From Octopus vulgaris (lineage: Eukaryota), in the NCBI GenBank assembly GCA_951406725.2, contig OX597814.1, positions 40,362,001-40,426,000 of the forward strand: a stretch of DNA of 64,000 bases. The letters run 5' to 3'. The translations under genes were made by a program, and so were the position numbers. Below, in pieces: positions 27,827 through 42,834 of the stretch (positions are counted from its first letter, which is position 1; each line of letters starts with the position of its first letter). The notes beneath the pieces were generated by a model, which saw only the letters and a program-made list of their open reading frames with translations, was not told where the DNA came from and did no database searches.

Positions 27827-29245
27827 CATGTACTTATATATATGCATATATATACATATATGTACATACACACACACACACTCACGCACACACACACATA
27901 CATATATATATATATTCATTTCCTTCTTTTTTTCATTTTACATCCTAAAATGATTTTATTCGTTATGTATTTTTATATTGTTCAGTAAAATTTTATTAAT
28001 GCTATTTTATTTTATCAATAATTCGAATACTTATCATATACTCTCCTTTCTTATGAATTCGTAGTACCACCTTCTGTGTGCATTCGTCCAAATAGCTCTG
28101 TCACAACACAATCTCGTCTAAACTATGCTGTATGTGTAGACACGTAATACTACATGAATATGAAATAAAATGTTTCAATATTATACATTTCCCCTTAAAA
28201 TACCAGCAGATATTTACATTGAGAAGCATCTTAATTTATTTGTAAACATTTAACTTATGATCTTGAGTAATTATGATTATTTTACAATTAAATACAACTA
28301 TTATCTTAAAAAACCTAAGCAAATTTGCAGGCACATTTCAGCGATAAAAAGATAAGCGGGTATGAAATATATTCCTGAATATAAAGAAATATACAGAGCA
28401 ACGTATGTGATGCGTTTACATGAATATTTCTCAAACTAAAGAATGCAACATGTTTCTAATACAAGCACATCACAAAGCAAAATATTAAATCAAAACTCTA
28501 AATACATCCGGCATATTAGCATATAATTGTTATGTATTTTCTATATTGGCGTTCTTTCTCACGTTGGCCTCATGTACAGCCACTTTCATAGATGCTATTG
28601 ATAATTTTCTCTAGATGTAAAATTTTGATTTATATCTTATACCTGGCATTTTCTTATATAAATAGAATTGAATTTGTCTGCTTTCCAATGTGCATGAATC
28701 GGTGGTAAAATACAGACGATTATGTATATATATTTACGATATCATTGCATATAACTTCCATTCCAGTTTCAGTTGTAAAATACATCCCGCACATAACAAT
28801 TTGTGTACATCTTAACGCTACTATAAAGTTTTCTGGTTTTATGTGATATAAAACTTCCGCTGATAATGAGCTGGAAATAAATCTAATATTGAAATCACAA
28901 ATCTCAAAGAGGAATATACATTTTATGGAGATCAATAAGGAGATTATAAAACACATGTCGTTTTAATATGTATGAAATGAAAGCATCATATTTGCCGGAA
29001 ATTATATAAATTAGGTTTAGATGCGTACACAATGATCTAAAAATAAAAACGGCTATCTTGTTTTCTTGGTGCGATTCCTTTTATACTTGTTCCGGATTCA
29101 TTTATATATGTTCCTAAAGGTATATCATTTATTCTTTTAATTTGTATGACCTTTTCAAATTTTAATATATATACAATGAACCAAATATCTTTTTTAATTT
29201 TTTGTTCTCAATTTTCGTTTTTTGAATGTTTAATTACACACACAG

Positions 29246-29347
<102 letters not shown>

Positions 29348-29386
29348 GTGTGTAGAAGATTGAAAAGGAACTCAAGAGTAGATATG

Positions 29387-29602
29387 TATAAGGAAAATAA
29401 GACTAGGTAGAACATACTAAAATCATTTTATCACGAAAAACATTTTATACCCTTTTCAGGTTTTGAGACATTTTCATCTTAGAATAAAGAAAAATTAAAT
29501 TTAATTGTTTGTCATACATTAATCAATGACTGAATTCGGTACCAAAATGTTTTTCATGATAACATTACTTTAGCACCTCCATCTTTGTCTTATTTTCCTT
29601 AT
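29387..29602. repeat. Degenerate inverted pair of an HHR-bearing repeat (same family as 33660-33800)
   Basis: aaggaaaataagac...aaaaacatttt (29390-29445) versus aaaatgtttttc...gtcttattttcctt (29544-29600). It contains tcaatgactgaattcggtac, homologous to the HHR at 33709-33744. Confidence 0.55.
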
Positions 29603-29628
29603 ATGTATATATATACATTCATACATAA

Positions 29629-29703
<75 letters not shown>

Positions 29704-29874
29704 TATTAATTGTTGTCGCCATATTAATATGGCATTCTTATAGATATAAGGATAATCGCTGCCATGGTCAGCTCCATGAGGCCACCGCCATCAAGATAGC
29801 TATTGATACACGATCTGTATCCATTATAACCTTCGAACAAGGGAGGTCAGCCGCTTCACACTGCCAGTCCGACA

Positions 29875-29916
29875 GCTACAGACACGTTTTGGGGTATTGC
29901 CCCTTGTCAATGTAGC
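29875..29916 (-). ncRNA. Hammerhead ribozyme, U3-A8 variant, probably inactivated (G12->A)
   Basis: gctaca-UUGACAA-gggg(caata)cccc-AAAA-cgtg-UC-tgtagc; differs from the plus copy by two CpG-type transitions. Confidence 0.7.
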
Positions 29917-30272
29917 GCAGTCAGACCCGCAGGTGTCGCCACTGACGTCTCTGTTCGAAGGCTTATATTTACCTAGTTTCAGTGGAATACATCCACTTGT
30001 TTTCAATAATAGACATATTAAAATGACTAAGTCTCTATAAAAGAGATTATGGTAGCGTTTACTGGAAATTAATTGTTATCGCCATATTAATATGGCATTC
30101 TTATAGATATAAGAATAATCGCTGCCATGGTCAGCTCCATAATCTCTTTTATAGAGACTTAGTAATTTTAATATTTCTATTATTGAAAACAAGTGGATGT
30201 ATTCCACTGAAACTAGGTAAATATAAGCTTTCGAACAGAGACGTCAGTGGCGACACCTGCGGGTCTGACTGC

Positions 30273-30314
30273 GCTACATTGACAAGGGGCAATACCCCGA
30301 AACGCGTCTGTAGC
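30273..30314 (+). ncRNA. Type I hammerhead ribozyme with compensatory U3-A8 core
   Basis: gctaca-UUGACAA-gggg(caata)cccc-GAAA-cgcg-UC-tgtagc: 6-bp stem I, 4-bp stem II, palindromic stem III, GUC cleavage triplet (after C30308). Confidence 0.82.
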
Positions 30315-30541
30315 TGTCGGACTGGCAGTGTGAAGCGGCTGACCTCCCTTGTTCGAAAGTTATAATGGATACAGATCGTGTATCAATAGCTATCTTGATG
30401 GCGGTGGCCTCATGGAGCTGACCATGGCAGCGATTATTCTTATATCTATAAGAACGCCATATTAATATGGCGATAACAATTAATTTCCAGTAAACGGTGC
30501 CATAATCTCCTTTATAGGGACTTAGTAATTTTAATATTTCT

Positions 30542-30724
<183 letters not shown>

Positions 30725-32817
30725 TGCTTTTCATTATAAGATCATGCGTCTTTCAGATATAAAGTAATAATTACATATGAGCAATTTGTTTCAACTGTAC
30801 TCGCGATTGAATATATACTACATTTGCTATTTGAAAAATATTCAGTGATACAGGCTCAATCTGCAATAAATACTGTTTATTTATAATTACAGTTACATTA
30901 CGTAAGGTAATATAATTTTGGGGCAGGATTTAGGAGAGGGATGAGTTAGTTTGAGTCTTTCCAATGAGATAAATCTGTCTGTTATAGTTCTTTTGCGCCA
31001 ATAAATTTAATGTTTTATTCACCTAAGAACGTTTAACGAGTAAGATAATTAATATTTGTTTTCTTGCAAGAATTCGGTTGGTAAGGAACTGAATCTGAAT
31101 AAAGACGATCTATAATATACAGAACTTCTTTGAAAGAGGTTCTACACTCTATCTTAAAGAGAGGTACTCTAATGGAAATACTGTAAAAGGAAGTGATGTG
31201 AAAGGAGCTCAAAGCCCTCCACATCTACCTCCCCAAAATTAACATACACAAAGGTAAATGCCTTACAGTGGTCATATTAATATTTACATATTGCATGGGA
31301 ATACATGACGTATTTTATAACTATGCTTATTTAAAGTATCATGACATTATCAAACTATTAGCAGCTCTTCCGTGAAATGGATAAAGTTATTTGTAAAGAT
31401 GATGAATAAATAATGTGCTTCGAATATAGTTGGAATGCTGTGTACATGATATTTTCCTTGTTAGGTGAATTTTTTCTTAGTATACAGCTTTGTTTCTGTT
31501 AATCGTGTCATTGTTTTTATATTAACATAGCTGTCAATTTAAGATAAAATGTTCTATGTTTGAAATGTGCATCTCTTAGTCAGATTAAGTAAAGTAAGTA
31601 TACGAACATAACCACATCTCCCATTATTATGTGCTGTTATTTCTCATACACGTTCATGTTTCCCATAATTCATTATAAAATCCAGAAAAGCCAAAAGTAC
31701 GATGTAAATCTAAAGATTCTTGAATTCACCCATTTAGTGGTATATCCTAACACACTGTCTTAATGCCGCTAATAATAGAGGAACTTGTGTGTTCCTGATA
31801 GGAACAATAGGACGATTTCATTTGAAATAACCAACTTCCACAAGCATATGTACACAAACACACATGAATATACACAATAATAATAATGTGTCATTCGTAT
31901 GACATTTGAAGCATATTGAGTTAATTGTTCCTCGAGTACTGCTTACACAATGCATTCTAAAACATATTGAATCATTCATTGATTAATTACGTATGTAACG
32001 GAATAAAGATGCTGTGTGTACCTATGTGTGTATGTGTGTGTATAAAACCTTCAATATTTATCAAATTACATTTCTACATCCTACTCTAAGTTGATGACAG
32101 CTATATTAGTCAACCTTGTGTAAAAGATTCATATATTATAAGCCGATATTTAGTAAAAAGTTTATAGCCTCATAATCGCTCTCTTTTGCCAACACTCTGC
32201 GTTACGGATATTTAGCCCCCTCCATATATATATATATATATACAGAGATAGAGAGAGAGTTTGAGAGATAGATAGATAAAAAAGTTCGATTGATTGATCG
32301 ATAGATAGCTTGATATATAGATATAGAGAGATATTGAGAGAAATAGATAGATAGTAAGATAGATAGATACACACACAGCATATGCGAAATTGACAGATAT
32401 GAAAAATGGAATATATGTGAAAATGTAGCAGTCACAATCATATTTTCCACACATCTTGCATCGATTCCTCGCGGGTGGGATGCTGTACGACTGGTTGTGG
32501 TCATCTATCCGTGCAAATATACCACTTCAGGTGAAGTTATAAGGATATCCTGTTAAATAAACATTATTTTGCTCAGTTTTAATAAAGTATGTTGCTAGTT
32601 GTACTGTTTAAGCTGTTAAGTAGGATATACATATATATATATGTATATAAAATATATATATATGTATGTATATATAAGAGACCAATGTGTACGGAAGCCA
32701 CTATATATATATATATATATATATAAATATACATGTATGTATATATTGACAATAATAAGAATGAGGATTACTACGAAGTAGCAATACAATTACCTTTCAA
32801 TAATTAAATACTGCCTT

Positions 32818-32908
32818 TTAAGACCAACGCATGTTTCAATCGCACCGATTAGTGGTCATTGAAATGGCAACGCTACTATGAAACGATGTAGTCTTCTCAA
32901 CGTCTTAA
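32818..32908 (-). ncRNA. Degenerate HHR-like motif with UUGAGAA core
   Basis: Minus strand: ttaagac-g-UUGAGAA-[gactacatcg...cggtgcgatt]-GAAA-catgcg-UU-g-gtcttaa. 7-bp stem I with a mismatch at its base; stem II eroded. Confidence 0.5.
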
Positions 32909-33014
32909 TTTGATATCGCTCAGTATGACCGTTTATTTATTTTCTAATAGTATTCACTCTTTACAAGGTCCCTGGAGCTACTAATATAAAATGGACGCTA
33001 GAGAGAATTCAATA

Positions 33015-33280
33015 CGGGATGATGTACGTTACACTTAAATGTCTGGAGGTCATATTGAAGAGGAAAACAAGACTGTGGAAGGGAATTCCAAACCTCAGAC
33101 GTGCAAAGGAAGAAACTGATACTGTAAGGTACTTTACGTTAAGTAGCAGGTTCCACAGTATACTGATTAAAGAGATGGGAGCTCAGCTGAATAATGTCCA
33201 TGAAAATAATCATACAAAAGAGACAGTGAAACCACACGACGACGATAAGAGTGCGAATCCAATTGAGAAGATATATCAGG
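33015..33280 (-). mobile_element. LINE (CR1/Jockey-group-like) ORF2 3' end remnant
   Basis: Minus strand: YSISFFLCTSEVWNSLPQSCFPLQYDLQTFKCNV matches the SFFxRTxxxWNSLP...FK C-terminal motif. Confidence 0.6.
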
Positions 33281-33708
33281 AACAATAGTATTAGAAATGA
33301 TTTTATTTTATAAACTCTACTTTAAATCAGACGCGAACAATCTCTATTCCAAGTTATCATATAATCATTTACATTCAATCCTTTCGAAACCTTGTATTGT
33401 TTAAATGATAATTATTCATTTATAATTAGCAAATGGGAATTTCCTCAAAATTGTTATCTTATGAGAGCCTTATTGGATTTAAATGTTAATTATTGAATAA
33501 CATATTTTGGACAACTGAGACCAAAATATATACACCCACATACATTTACGTATACTTGCACATGTACACACCCTCACACAGAAGCACACACTCGCATGCA
33601 CACATATATAGTTATGTATATATATATTTATATAGTTTATATATATATATATATATATGAAAAAAGGTCAAAGTAGAAAATGCTAAAATAATTTTATAAA
33701 AAACATTT

Positions 33709-33744
33709 CAGTACCGGTTTTAGTCATTGAGACTTTTTCAACTG
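33709..33744 (-). ncRNA. Minimal HHR-like motif with UUGAAAA core (G12->A in this copy)
   Basis: cag-UUGAAAA-agtc(tcaat)gact-AAAA-ccgg-UA-ctg; the sister copy near 29525 retains gactGAA. Confidence 0.6.
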
Positions 33745-34338
33745 TAAGTATGGAAAACAATTAAATTTAGAAAAATTCAAAGAAATTTGTTTTTAAAGAA
33801 TATTTATATAGTATTCAAATAAAAGTTGAATTTTCCTTGTTTCTGCATGTCTCTGCCTGTCTTGTTTACTCTTGTGGGTTCGAGATTTCGAGGACATGTT
33901 AACTAATTTGTGTTATACTTACATTTCTCACGTTCAAAATTCAGAAAAATCTATATTACCTTACCTGACGTAAGCCCGTTTGAAATCAAACTGGAATGAT
34001 GGAACCTATATGCGAATGAATATCCATGAATGTGAATTCATTCTAATTTTAGGAAACATTGTATTTGTACACTTAAATATTTCTCTTAAATATTATATAT
34101 ACATTGTAGGCGGATTGCCTGATATTTTTCTTGTAGTATATCCAGATGTATCTAAATACATTTCGCGTTACAACATATGGAAAGAAAAAAAAGATTAGAT
34201 TATTTTTATTTCATCAAAAGTGTTTTTCGTTGTTAAAAATATTGTTTCTGTTGTTCAGAAGCGTGTTCGTTTGTCATTACTCACATGAATTTAACAAAAT
34301 ATTTTCTCTTTCTCTTTCTCTCTCTTCCTCTCTCTCTG

Positions 34339-34391
<53 letters not shown>

Positions 34392-34394
34392 ATA

Positions 34395-34585
34395 TCGTTA
34401 GCTCCTACACGCATTTTTTCTCTCCTTGTTTTTTTCTGAGTATCTTTCTATCGAAGAGCGTAGGCTCGAAACGTTAAAGACATGTTCTATTTCTATTCCT
34501 GAGCGCCATACTATTACATTTGTTTCTTTGTTTGTACTCCACCTGTCTTCGTCTTTTGTTTATATTCGTAAGCCTTCCCGTTATA
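34395..34585 (+). mobile_element. Solo PLE pseudo-LTR fragment containing an HHR-like motif (34443-34480)
   Basis: tcttt-CUAUCGA-a-gagc(gtag)gctc-GAAA-cg-UU-aaaga; homologous to the reverse complement of pLTR 59952-60274. Confidence 0.6.
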
Positions 34586-34649
34586 TATGTATATAATACA
34601 TATACATATATATATACATATCCGCACAAACATATATATATATAAAATT

Positions 34650-35000
34650 TTTATTTGTTCCAGTCATTTGAATGCGGTCATGCTATAGCACCGCCTTTAG
34701 TCAAGCAAATCTACCCTGGTACTTATTCCTTGTAAACCTAGTATATATTCTATCGTCATCTTATGCTGAACCGCTAAGTTACGGGGAATTAAGCACACCA
34801 GCATCGGTTTTCAATAGACGTTGGGGACAAACACACACACACCAACATACACACACATATCTATATATATACATGTATAACGGGCTTCTTTCAGTTTCCG
34901 TCTACCAAATCCACTCACAAGGCTTTGGTTTGCTTGAGGGTAGAGTAGAATACACTTGCCTATGTTGCAACGGAGTGGGACTGACCCCGGACCATGTGGA
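34650..35000 (-). mobile_element. tRNA-derived SINE, family A
   Basis: Same blocks as 42915-43345. Confidence 0.8.
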
Positions 35001-35074
35001 TGGCAATCAATATATATTCATAGAGATCAAAAAGTGTGAAAGAAAATATGATTATAATAATACTTGAGATTAGT

Positions 35075-35290
35075 TGTGATGGTGAGGAGGCAGAATTGTT
35101 AGCACGACAGAGAAAATACTTAGCGGCATTTCGACAATCTTTATAATGTGAGTTCAAATTCCATTGGAACCACTTTCCTTTTCGTCCTTTCGTGGTCGAT
35201 AAAAAAACTACCTGATGTCTCTCTTAAGGTCGATGTAACTGACTCCTCCGAAATTACTGATCTTTTGCCATAGCTTGAAAGCAATATAAG
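35075..35290 (+). mobile_element. Degenerate SINE-like repeat
   Basis: ggcagaattgttagcacg...gagttcaaattcc (A/B-box-like) followed by a ttcgtcctttcgtggtcgataaa block. Confidence 0.45.
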
Positions 35291-37162
35291 TTATTTAATG
35301 TTTCAGTGCTATTATTTTAGCAAACATTTTCCTCTATGTGCAGAAGTGTGAAAGAATATAAGCTTATAATAACATTGTAATTTACTTGAGAAACTATATA
35401 TATCTTTACACAGTTCTTGTTAATTATACTTTTTTTTCTCGTGCCTCTGATATTTTCTTATCTTTCAGAGTTAAATCACGTCAACAATATTAGAAAATTT
35501 CATTACCGATGAGATATTTAAAGAGTGTCATAGACATCACTTTCTGTGAATTAAATGCTGTAAAAGAGTAAACAACATAGAAGACAAAAATCTCAACTAC
35601 ATCTCTGTACTTAGTATTCATGAGCATTCAAAGCTCATTCCTTAAACAGTTTGTTTTGGTCTATACAGGAAACATTGTTCATACTCTACAAGAAATTTAA
35701 ATTTGGTTAATTTGAAGGAAATTTAACGTAAATATTTCTATTGCCATAATTTTAGTACTTCAAATTTACACTACCTTTCAGCAAAAAATCGGAATCAATG
35801 ATGTTTGTAGATCTCAGATTAAGAGCAAAAACAAAGTAATGTACAGTGTCAATGTAGTGGTTCTTGTTCTAACGCGGATCTTCTTATTGTTATTACAAAG
35901 CGCATCTATCAATTTATGGATAAGTCAGGAAAGGATTGAGTTCGAACATCTCATATATCCAGAGCCTTTGGTAAGGTTTGAAATGCTGTTTTGCTCATTT
36001 AGTTCATTCCCTACGGCGTTTGCAGAAAAGGGCTTGACGTTATACTCGTGTGGTTCTTTTCTCCTATCAGTTGCTAATTCTTATCACGTAAGTTTGGATT
36101 ATTGTATAGGTCATTATTTCCCTTCTTATGAACTGTACTCTTCAAAATCAAAATTTAATTCATTGTTTTCGCCTTAATTTCTTCTTCATAGTAATTTACA
36201 CTAAGTGGCATCTCGCCAGTTATGGAATATTATTTTTACAAAATATAACTGTTATTCTAAATTCTTGATAAACAATATACTTATTATGATTTAATTCTAT
36301 AAGCTACCCGCTATTCTATATACTGAAATCAGCTGATATATAAATGAGAAGAAAGCAAGTGCTATCCAAATTACTGAATGCTGGAAGCGAACTCACCTAA
36401 CATATAAAATATATTTTAATGTTATGGGATATATGTCCGGATTCAGTCCTGAAGATCTTCATAATGTTACCATCCTAAACTACTTAACAAATACAAATAC
36501 ATATTTCGCGTTCGCTCCACTCAAGATATTTCAAATTGAAAAAGATTAAAATTCAAGGAGCCTATTAAATTGCGTATGTAACCTTGTACAATACATTTTC
36601 TAAATTTTACTTCCGAATACATTTAACTTTACAAGTTGTCTATATCCTTACAAATACATCATAATATGATTTAAATTTGTGAAAGGAAATTTCCCAATAT
36701 TCTGTTCAGTTAATATCTAGATATAACTGAAAAACAGTCCCATATGTAGGGCACAGCTCCTCTAAACAGATCTGCCATTAAAAGAGAGCATAAACACATA
36801 TAAGGTGCATTGCATTCCATGCATAATAAAGGGACATGATGCACGAAGAAACAAAATCTGCCGCTATGCGGATTTTTTAAATGAATAATTGCAATTCATT
36901 CGATTGTTATATACCCCAGTATATTATAATCATTCGATATGTGTAAATACCTACACATTCATGTAATAATATTTCGTTTTTCAATCGTCAAATTGTTTCT
37001 CGAAATTTTCAATTAGAAGAAAGCATGTGCTCGGAGGCCGTAAATCGGTTGGAGACACAGAAACAAGTCTTGTATGCTTGTCGAGCACTTGTATTATTTC
37101 TCTCTCAGTAGATGAATACATTTCTTTGCTGAGCTTAACTTAACATAACAGTAAGCTATATA

Positions 37163-37900
37163 TACACAGGGTTTTTCAAACACTTTGATATCATGTCGAA
37201 GTCTAATAACTTTGCCAGTTCTTATTCAAATGACTTCAAATTTTAAAAGCATATGTAGAAACATGTCCAAACTTTACGTTTGATGACTGATATGTTTATA
37301 TTTTCAGGTATAGAAATGACATTCACTGGAAGAGAAAAGTCGTTTTGTGTGTTGAAGTATGCTAGAACACAGTCAAACAAAACTTTGCAGCGTGCACTTG
37401 TGAGAAAGGTCTCCTAAAAGTCACCAACAGTAATGCAGATTTGGACAAAACACACAAAATTCAAAGAGGAAAACTCTGTGCAAGACAAAAGGATCTGGAC
37501 GACAACTAAAATCAGATAAGAAGAGCATGTCTGGACACCCAGATTCCTCCACCGACAGATTGGAGCGTCCTGAGGAAACGCTTACTAATGACCCATACAA
37601 GCTGCAGCTCGTTCAGGGCATGATGGCCGAAGAGAAGTGAAAGCGCAAACAATTCTGTGTTAATATGCAAGAGAAACCTCAAGAAGCCGAGTTCGAGGAA
37701 GTCTTGTATTCAGTGATGAGGTCACATTTCATATGAATGGCAAAGTCAATAAGAATGATGTTCGCATCTGGAGCGAAGAAAGTCCCCATGCCACAGTTGA
37801 GTATAAGAGGGACTCACCAAATTGAATGTGTTCTGTGCCATCTCCAACAATCATTTTCATGTCCCGTTTTCCTCTGAGGGAAATTTAACCAGAGATGTGA
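37163..37900 (+). mobile_element. Tc1/mariner-superfamily transposase pseudogene
   Basis: TIR-like start cagggtttttcaaa; MTFTGREKSFCVLKYARTQS..., VLRKRLLMTPYKLQLVQ, LVFSDEVTFHMNGKVNKNDVRIWSEESPH...RDSPKLNVFCAIS (first catalytic D motif FSDE). Stops, frameshifts and 3' truncation. Confidence 0.85.
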
Positions 37901-38050
37901 AATTGTTCATGTAATCCACATACCTTTGCATTCATATTTAGTGGAATAACTCTTACGTTGCTCAACATTAAGCCTGTTTAGTTTCATTTTCTATGACTAT
38001 GTAGTTGTCTGATATTTATATTTCAAATGATGTCATTTTTTTTGAAGCAC

Positions 38051-38117
<67 letters not shown>

Positions 38118-38174
38118 CTACGTACACCCAAACACACACACACAGAGGCACATGCATACACACAAGCACCGCCC

Positions 38175-38213
<39 letters not shown>

Positions 38214-40466
38214 CACTATTAGTCTTCTCCTCTCCAATGCATATGTCCTTCTTTATGCAAGCATATAAGCATATATGCATATGCATATTTGTTTGCAAAA
38301 TATTCTCTTTTAAACTGTTTTGCAAAAGATTTGAAATGTAGAATGCCACGTGACGTAATTTAGTCTTCTAATTCCTTTTCCAACCTATACATCTTTTGTC
38401 ATGTTAGGCATAAATTTGTAGCACGTGCTTCAAGGCTCATGTTTTTTTTCCTAGTGAAAGAGTAATAATCATATCGTTTCTATAATCATATCTAATAATC
38501 ATATCGTTGACATTCGAAATGATACATATTATTCTGTTATTAAATTATTTCTATTCATAAATTCGATAAACTATTATGTGTAATGTATTATAACCACGTC
38601 TTCATTTTAGGAATAAGATATTGAATATCTTCTCATTCATTTGCATAGAACATCCGTCTTTAAGCTCCTAGATTACTGATCTTTCTGCTTTTGTTTCTGT
38701 ACAAACTAGAACCAAGTGTCCTTTCGTATATTATTTCCGAATTTTCTAGTTTATAAAAATACAAACAGAAGAAACGATAACCTACGTAAGCAGGGAAGAG
38801 AATCAACTATATAGGCTTGAAGAAAAATAAATACTGCGAATAAGATAACGTGGCAATGTGTAAATCACAAACTCATGTTTAGAAAAATCATATTATCGCA
38901 ACGTTTCCTCATCAATGCACTATAATGATACTCGGGAGTGTTATTAAAATAACTGAACTGATATACATGAATGTTAAACATGGTGAACAGCATTTTCGTG
39001 TGTAACGTATGGATTTTTAGAAATATTTGGACTCATTCTTTAACATGTGACGTCATATTCATCATAGCATTTAGTAAATGTCATATAATAAAACTATCGT
39101 AGATTCATCACAAATAATTGAGCACATTATTTATATCCATTACTTAGCAGATTTAATACTTTCAAATACAAAATTATCTTTCGGTAAATGAAGAGGTGTC
39201 GAAGAATTTGTTGCTACAAAAAATACTAAACTTATTTATATCACTTAAATAATAATCTTCATTTCTAGTTCATGAAGCTACATTACATTGCAACGAAGTA
39301 AATTTGTAAAGGAGGATTTAGTTAAGATCATTCACCGCATGATATCTGTAATAAAGTATATATAAATATTGTTAATCAAATATGAAATCACATATGTTTT
39401 CGAAATCCATTTTGTAATCTGTTACAACTTTACAGATGCAGTACACATTAATTAGTCATTTCTATATATTTGAAAATTGTTTAAGAACAAATGCTGTACC
39501 CAAACGACTTACTCATTAGGCATGTATTTTAAAACATTCTACTGACTATTTATAAAATGCGCCATCCTATATCATATATGATATGTATTTACACACGCAC
39601 ATCTTCCAACTATGAGGTCTTAAGTTCAGTTCTAATGAGTGTTATTTGGGTTGGTAACTTCTACTATAGTTCTGGGTGGACTGGGGCCAGTTAATGATAA
39701 GTATGTTTGTGTACTTGCGTGATAGTAACGTAGTGAATGTAACATATCGTAATTGCTTGTTGCATGTAGGGGGGCAATAAAGTCTTGCACGCATTACTAG
39801 CCAATAAATTGCTAAAAGCCTATCGCATTTGGTTAACATAACATAGCTCTTTCAATGAAAATGGAATGGATATTGGCCTGGCAAATACAAATTGAAATAA
39901 AAATGATTACATTATCTAAAATATATTCTTTATTGTCCCCTATCAGAGATGGGTAATATATGTCATAGTAATGAGACAGACGAGGAAGATGTTGCCACGG
40001 ATCATACATCGTAATATTTTCAGAATGACAAATAATGACATGGAAGATTAAGGTATGAAAATGGATAGCAATATTGCATCGAAATCTATATATAATTAAT
40101 AGACAGTACTTTACTAAAGTATATGATCAGAAAGAGAAATGCGGGAAATAGTTTTTGTTCGTATTACAAAGTTAAGACACTGAATATAAGAATGTAGTTG
40201 TCAGTTGTGATATAGAATGATTTTATTTTTTTTTTTTACTTTTCATTGTGTCTCTCGAATGATTTCTGAATAATAAAATAATAAACATATCCCAAAATTA
40301 CGCGAAACAAGCTTAGAAAAAAGAAACCGAAATTCAATGGCACACCTACATAGAAACACGAAAACGTGAAAATAATTATTTACATAATCATACGCACATA
40401 CACACATATACTTACACATACATATACATTCAAACAAACATGAATACATTTGTATATATCTGAATA

Positions 40467-40513
<47 letters not shown>

Positions 40514-40647
40514 ATATATATATTTATATATGGATGATTATACATACACACGCGTCGATATATGTATATATAAATATATACGCATACTTCTATACATATA
40601 AGTATATATACATATATATATACATATGCATATAAATACATATACAT

Positions 40648-40701
<54 letters not shown>

Positions 40702-41071
40702 GAATAAGCTCCCAATCTACATTCATGGAACGTGGATAGACTATTTCATAGTAGCCAAGTAAAAGTTTGTAATAGAATGTATTTCAACTTAGAAGTAGGC
40801 ATTCATTGACTGAAGAGTGTTAGTCCTCTTGAGACACTGGTTCAGACCTCGGTTTTTAATATTCAACACATGCAGTCTTAGGACGTCATTCTGCTGACAG
40901 AAAAGAGTGCAGATATGAATAAGGATGGCAAAATATGCTATATGGTTGGGAGCAATAATATATGCATGTATGAATTATTTATTTCTTTGGTGGAATTCAG
41001 TTCTTCTCTATCCGAATTGTCCATATTAAGTGTAAATAAAAGAAATTATATGGTAATAATGGCACTAGCAA

Positions 41072-41082
41072 TAACAACAACA

Positions 41083-41146
<64 letters not shown>

Positions 41147-41155
41147 TTACTACTG
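41072..41155. repeat. (ACA)n/(ACT)n trinucleotide microsatellite
   Basis: Direct reading; explains the poly-Thr ORF 40915..41271. Confidence 0.9.
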
Positions 41156-41764
41156 CCACAACCACCTTCACCCCCACCACGAACACCTCAACCACCACCA
41201 CCACAACTGTTACTGCTGCCTCTTCAACAGTAACTACGGCTATTGCCGCTATTGCTATTCATCGAAAATAAATATTACTAATATAATAAAGGAAGAATAA
41301 AATGAAGTAATTGTTCATTTTTTTTTATCACAAATATACCAGTAAAGATCAAAATACATTACAAAGAAAGAAAACATTGGGCTACAAAAGTATGTGGTTG
41401 GGAAAAGAAAAGTGAAACTTAAACTACAGAAGCTGAGTTTCAAAAACTTTGTTAAACAAATAATTACGCAGTAATTGAAAGAACATGAAAGATCACATCC
41501 GTATTTCATAAAACGGGCAAAAGTACATCAATAAACCAAGGATCCACATGATTCAGTAACATCCGTTTCTTTAAAGAATGTTTCTTTAGCCTTTTTTGGT
41601 GCTGTGCGAAATGAGGTGACATATCAATTGCTATCAGCAACAACTGAGAACAACTCGCGTGCAATAGTTTAGCACATTACACGTGCTAGTGTATGTCACC
41701 CAGCCACACACACTTGCCCGCAACTGCAGACATATGAATGCATATATATATATATATATATAAA

Positions 41765-41965
41765 ATGTGACCGCGTGTGTACCGTTGGCGATTTTTTCCT
41801 CTGTTTTCCCTTCTCTGGATCTTTCCTTTTCCTATGTTTCTGACGAAGAGCTCCGCTCGAAACGTTACACCCTCCTTCTTTCCTTCTTTCCTGAGCGTCC
41901 AATAATAAAATATTTGTTCCACGTCCTCACGTTGCTGTGTTTTTTTGTGCTTTCTTGTTTGGATT
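41765..41965 (+). mobile_element. Solo PLE pseudo-LTR fragment with HHR-like motif (41836-41870)
   Basis: gttt-CUGACGA-a-gagc(tcc)gctc-GAAA-cg-UU-acac; flanks are related to 34395-34585. Confidence 0.55.
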
Positions 41966-41969
41966 ACTC

Positions 41970-42834
41970 TCTTTTTACTCTCATTTATTGTTTCAGTCAT
42001 TTGACTGCGGCCATGCTGGAGCACCGCCTTTTAGTCGAGCAAATCGACCCCAGGACTTATTCTTTGTAAGCCCAGTACTTATTCTATCGGTCTCTTTTGC
42101 CGAACCGCTAGGTGACGTGGACGTAAACACACCAGCATCGGTTGTCAAGCAATGCTAGGGGGACAAACACGACACACAAACATACACTTACATATATATA
42201 TATAGATATATACGACAGGCTTCTCTCAGTTTCCGTCTACCAAATCCACTCACAAGACATTGGTCGGCCCGGGGCTACAGCAGAAGACACTTGCCCGTTC
42301 TTGTATTCAATGTCTTAACTTTGTAATACGAACAAAAACTATTTCCCGTATTTCTCTTTCTGATCATATACTTTGTGGAGACGCAATGGCCCAGTGGTTA
42401 GGGCAGCGGACTCGCGGTCGTAGGATCGCGGTTTCGATTCCCAGACCGGGCGTTGTGAGTGTTTATTGAGCGAAAACACCTAAAAGCTCCACGAGGCTCC
42501 GACAAGGGATGGTGGTGATCCCTGCTGTACTCTTTCACCACAACTTTCTCTCACTCTTACTTCCTGTTTCTGTTGTACCTGTATTTCAAAGGGCCAGCCT
42601 TGTCACTCTCTGTGTCACGCTGAATATCCCCGAGAACTACGTTAAGGGGTACACGTGTCTGTGGAGTGCTCAGCCACTTACACGTTAATTTGACGAGCAG
42701 GCTGTTCCGTTCATTCGGATCAACCGGAACCCTCGTCGTCGTAACCGACGGAGTGCTTCCATGATCATATACTTTAGTAAAGTACTGTCTATGAACCCGG
42801 AACCATGTGATTGGTTAGCAAGCTACTTACCACA

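Noticed and set aside
29824-30365. Twin 60-aa ORFs MKTSGCIPLK... on opposite strands
   Set aside because: Both begin at a TTG start and overlap the ribozyme rod; they are duplicated only because the non-coding unit is inverted.
40780-40905. Minus-strand acceptor-like site (ctcttttctgtcag) as exon 2 of the candidate gene
   Set aside because: A phase 1 join gives an immediate or near-immediate stop. Similar candidates at ~28870, ~32548 and ~41645 also fail.
42375-42450. tRNA-like sequence
   Set aside because: It is a SINE head: it continues into a 390-bp body with TSDs and has no proper acceptor stem.
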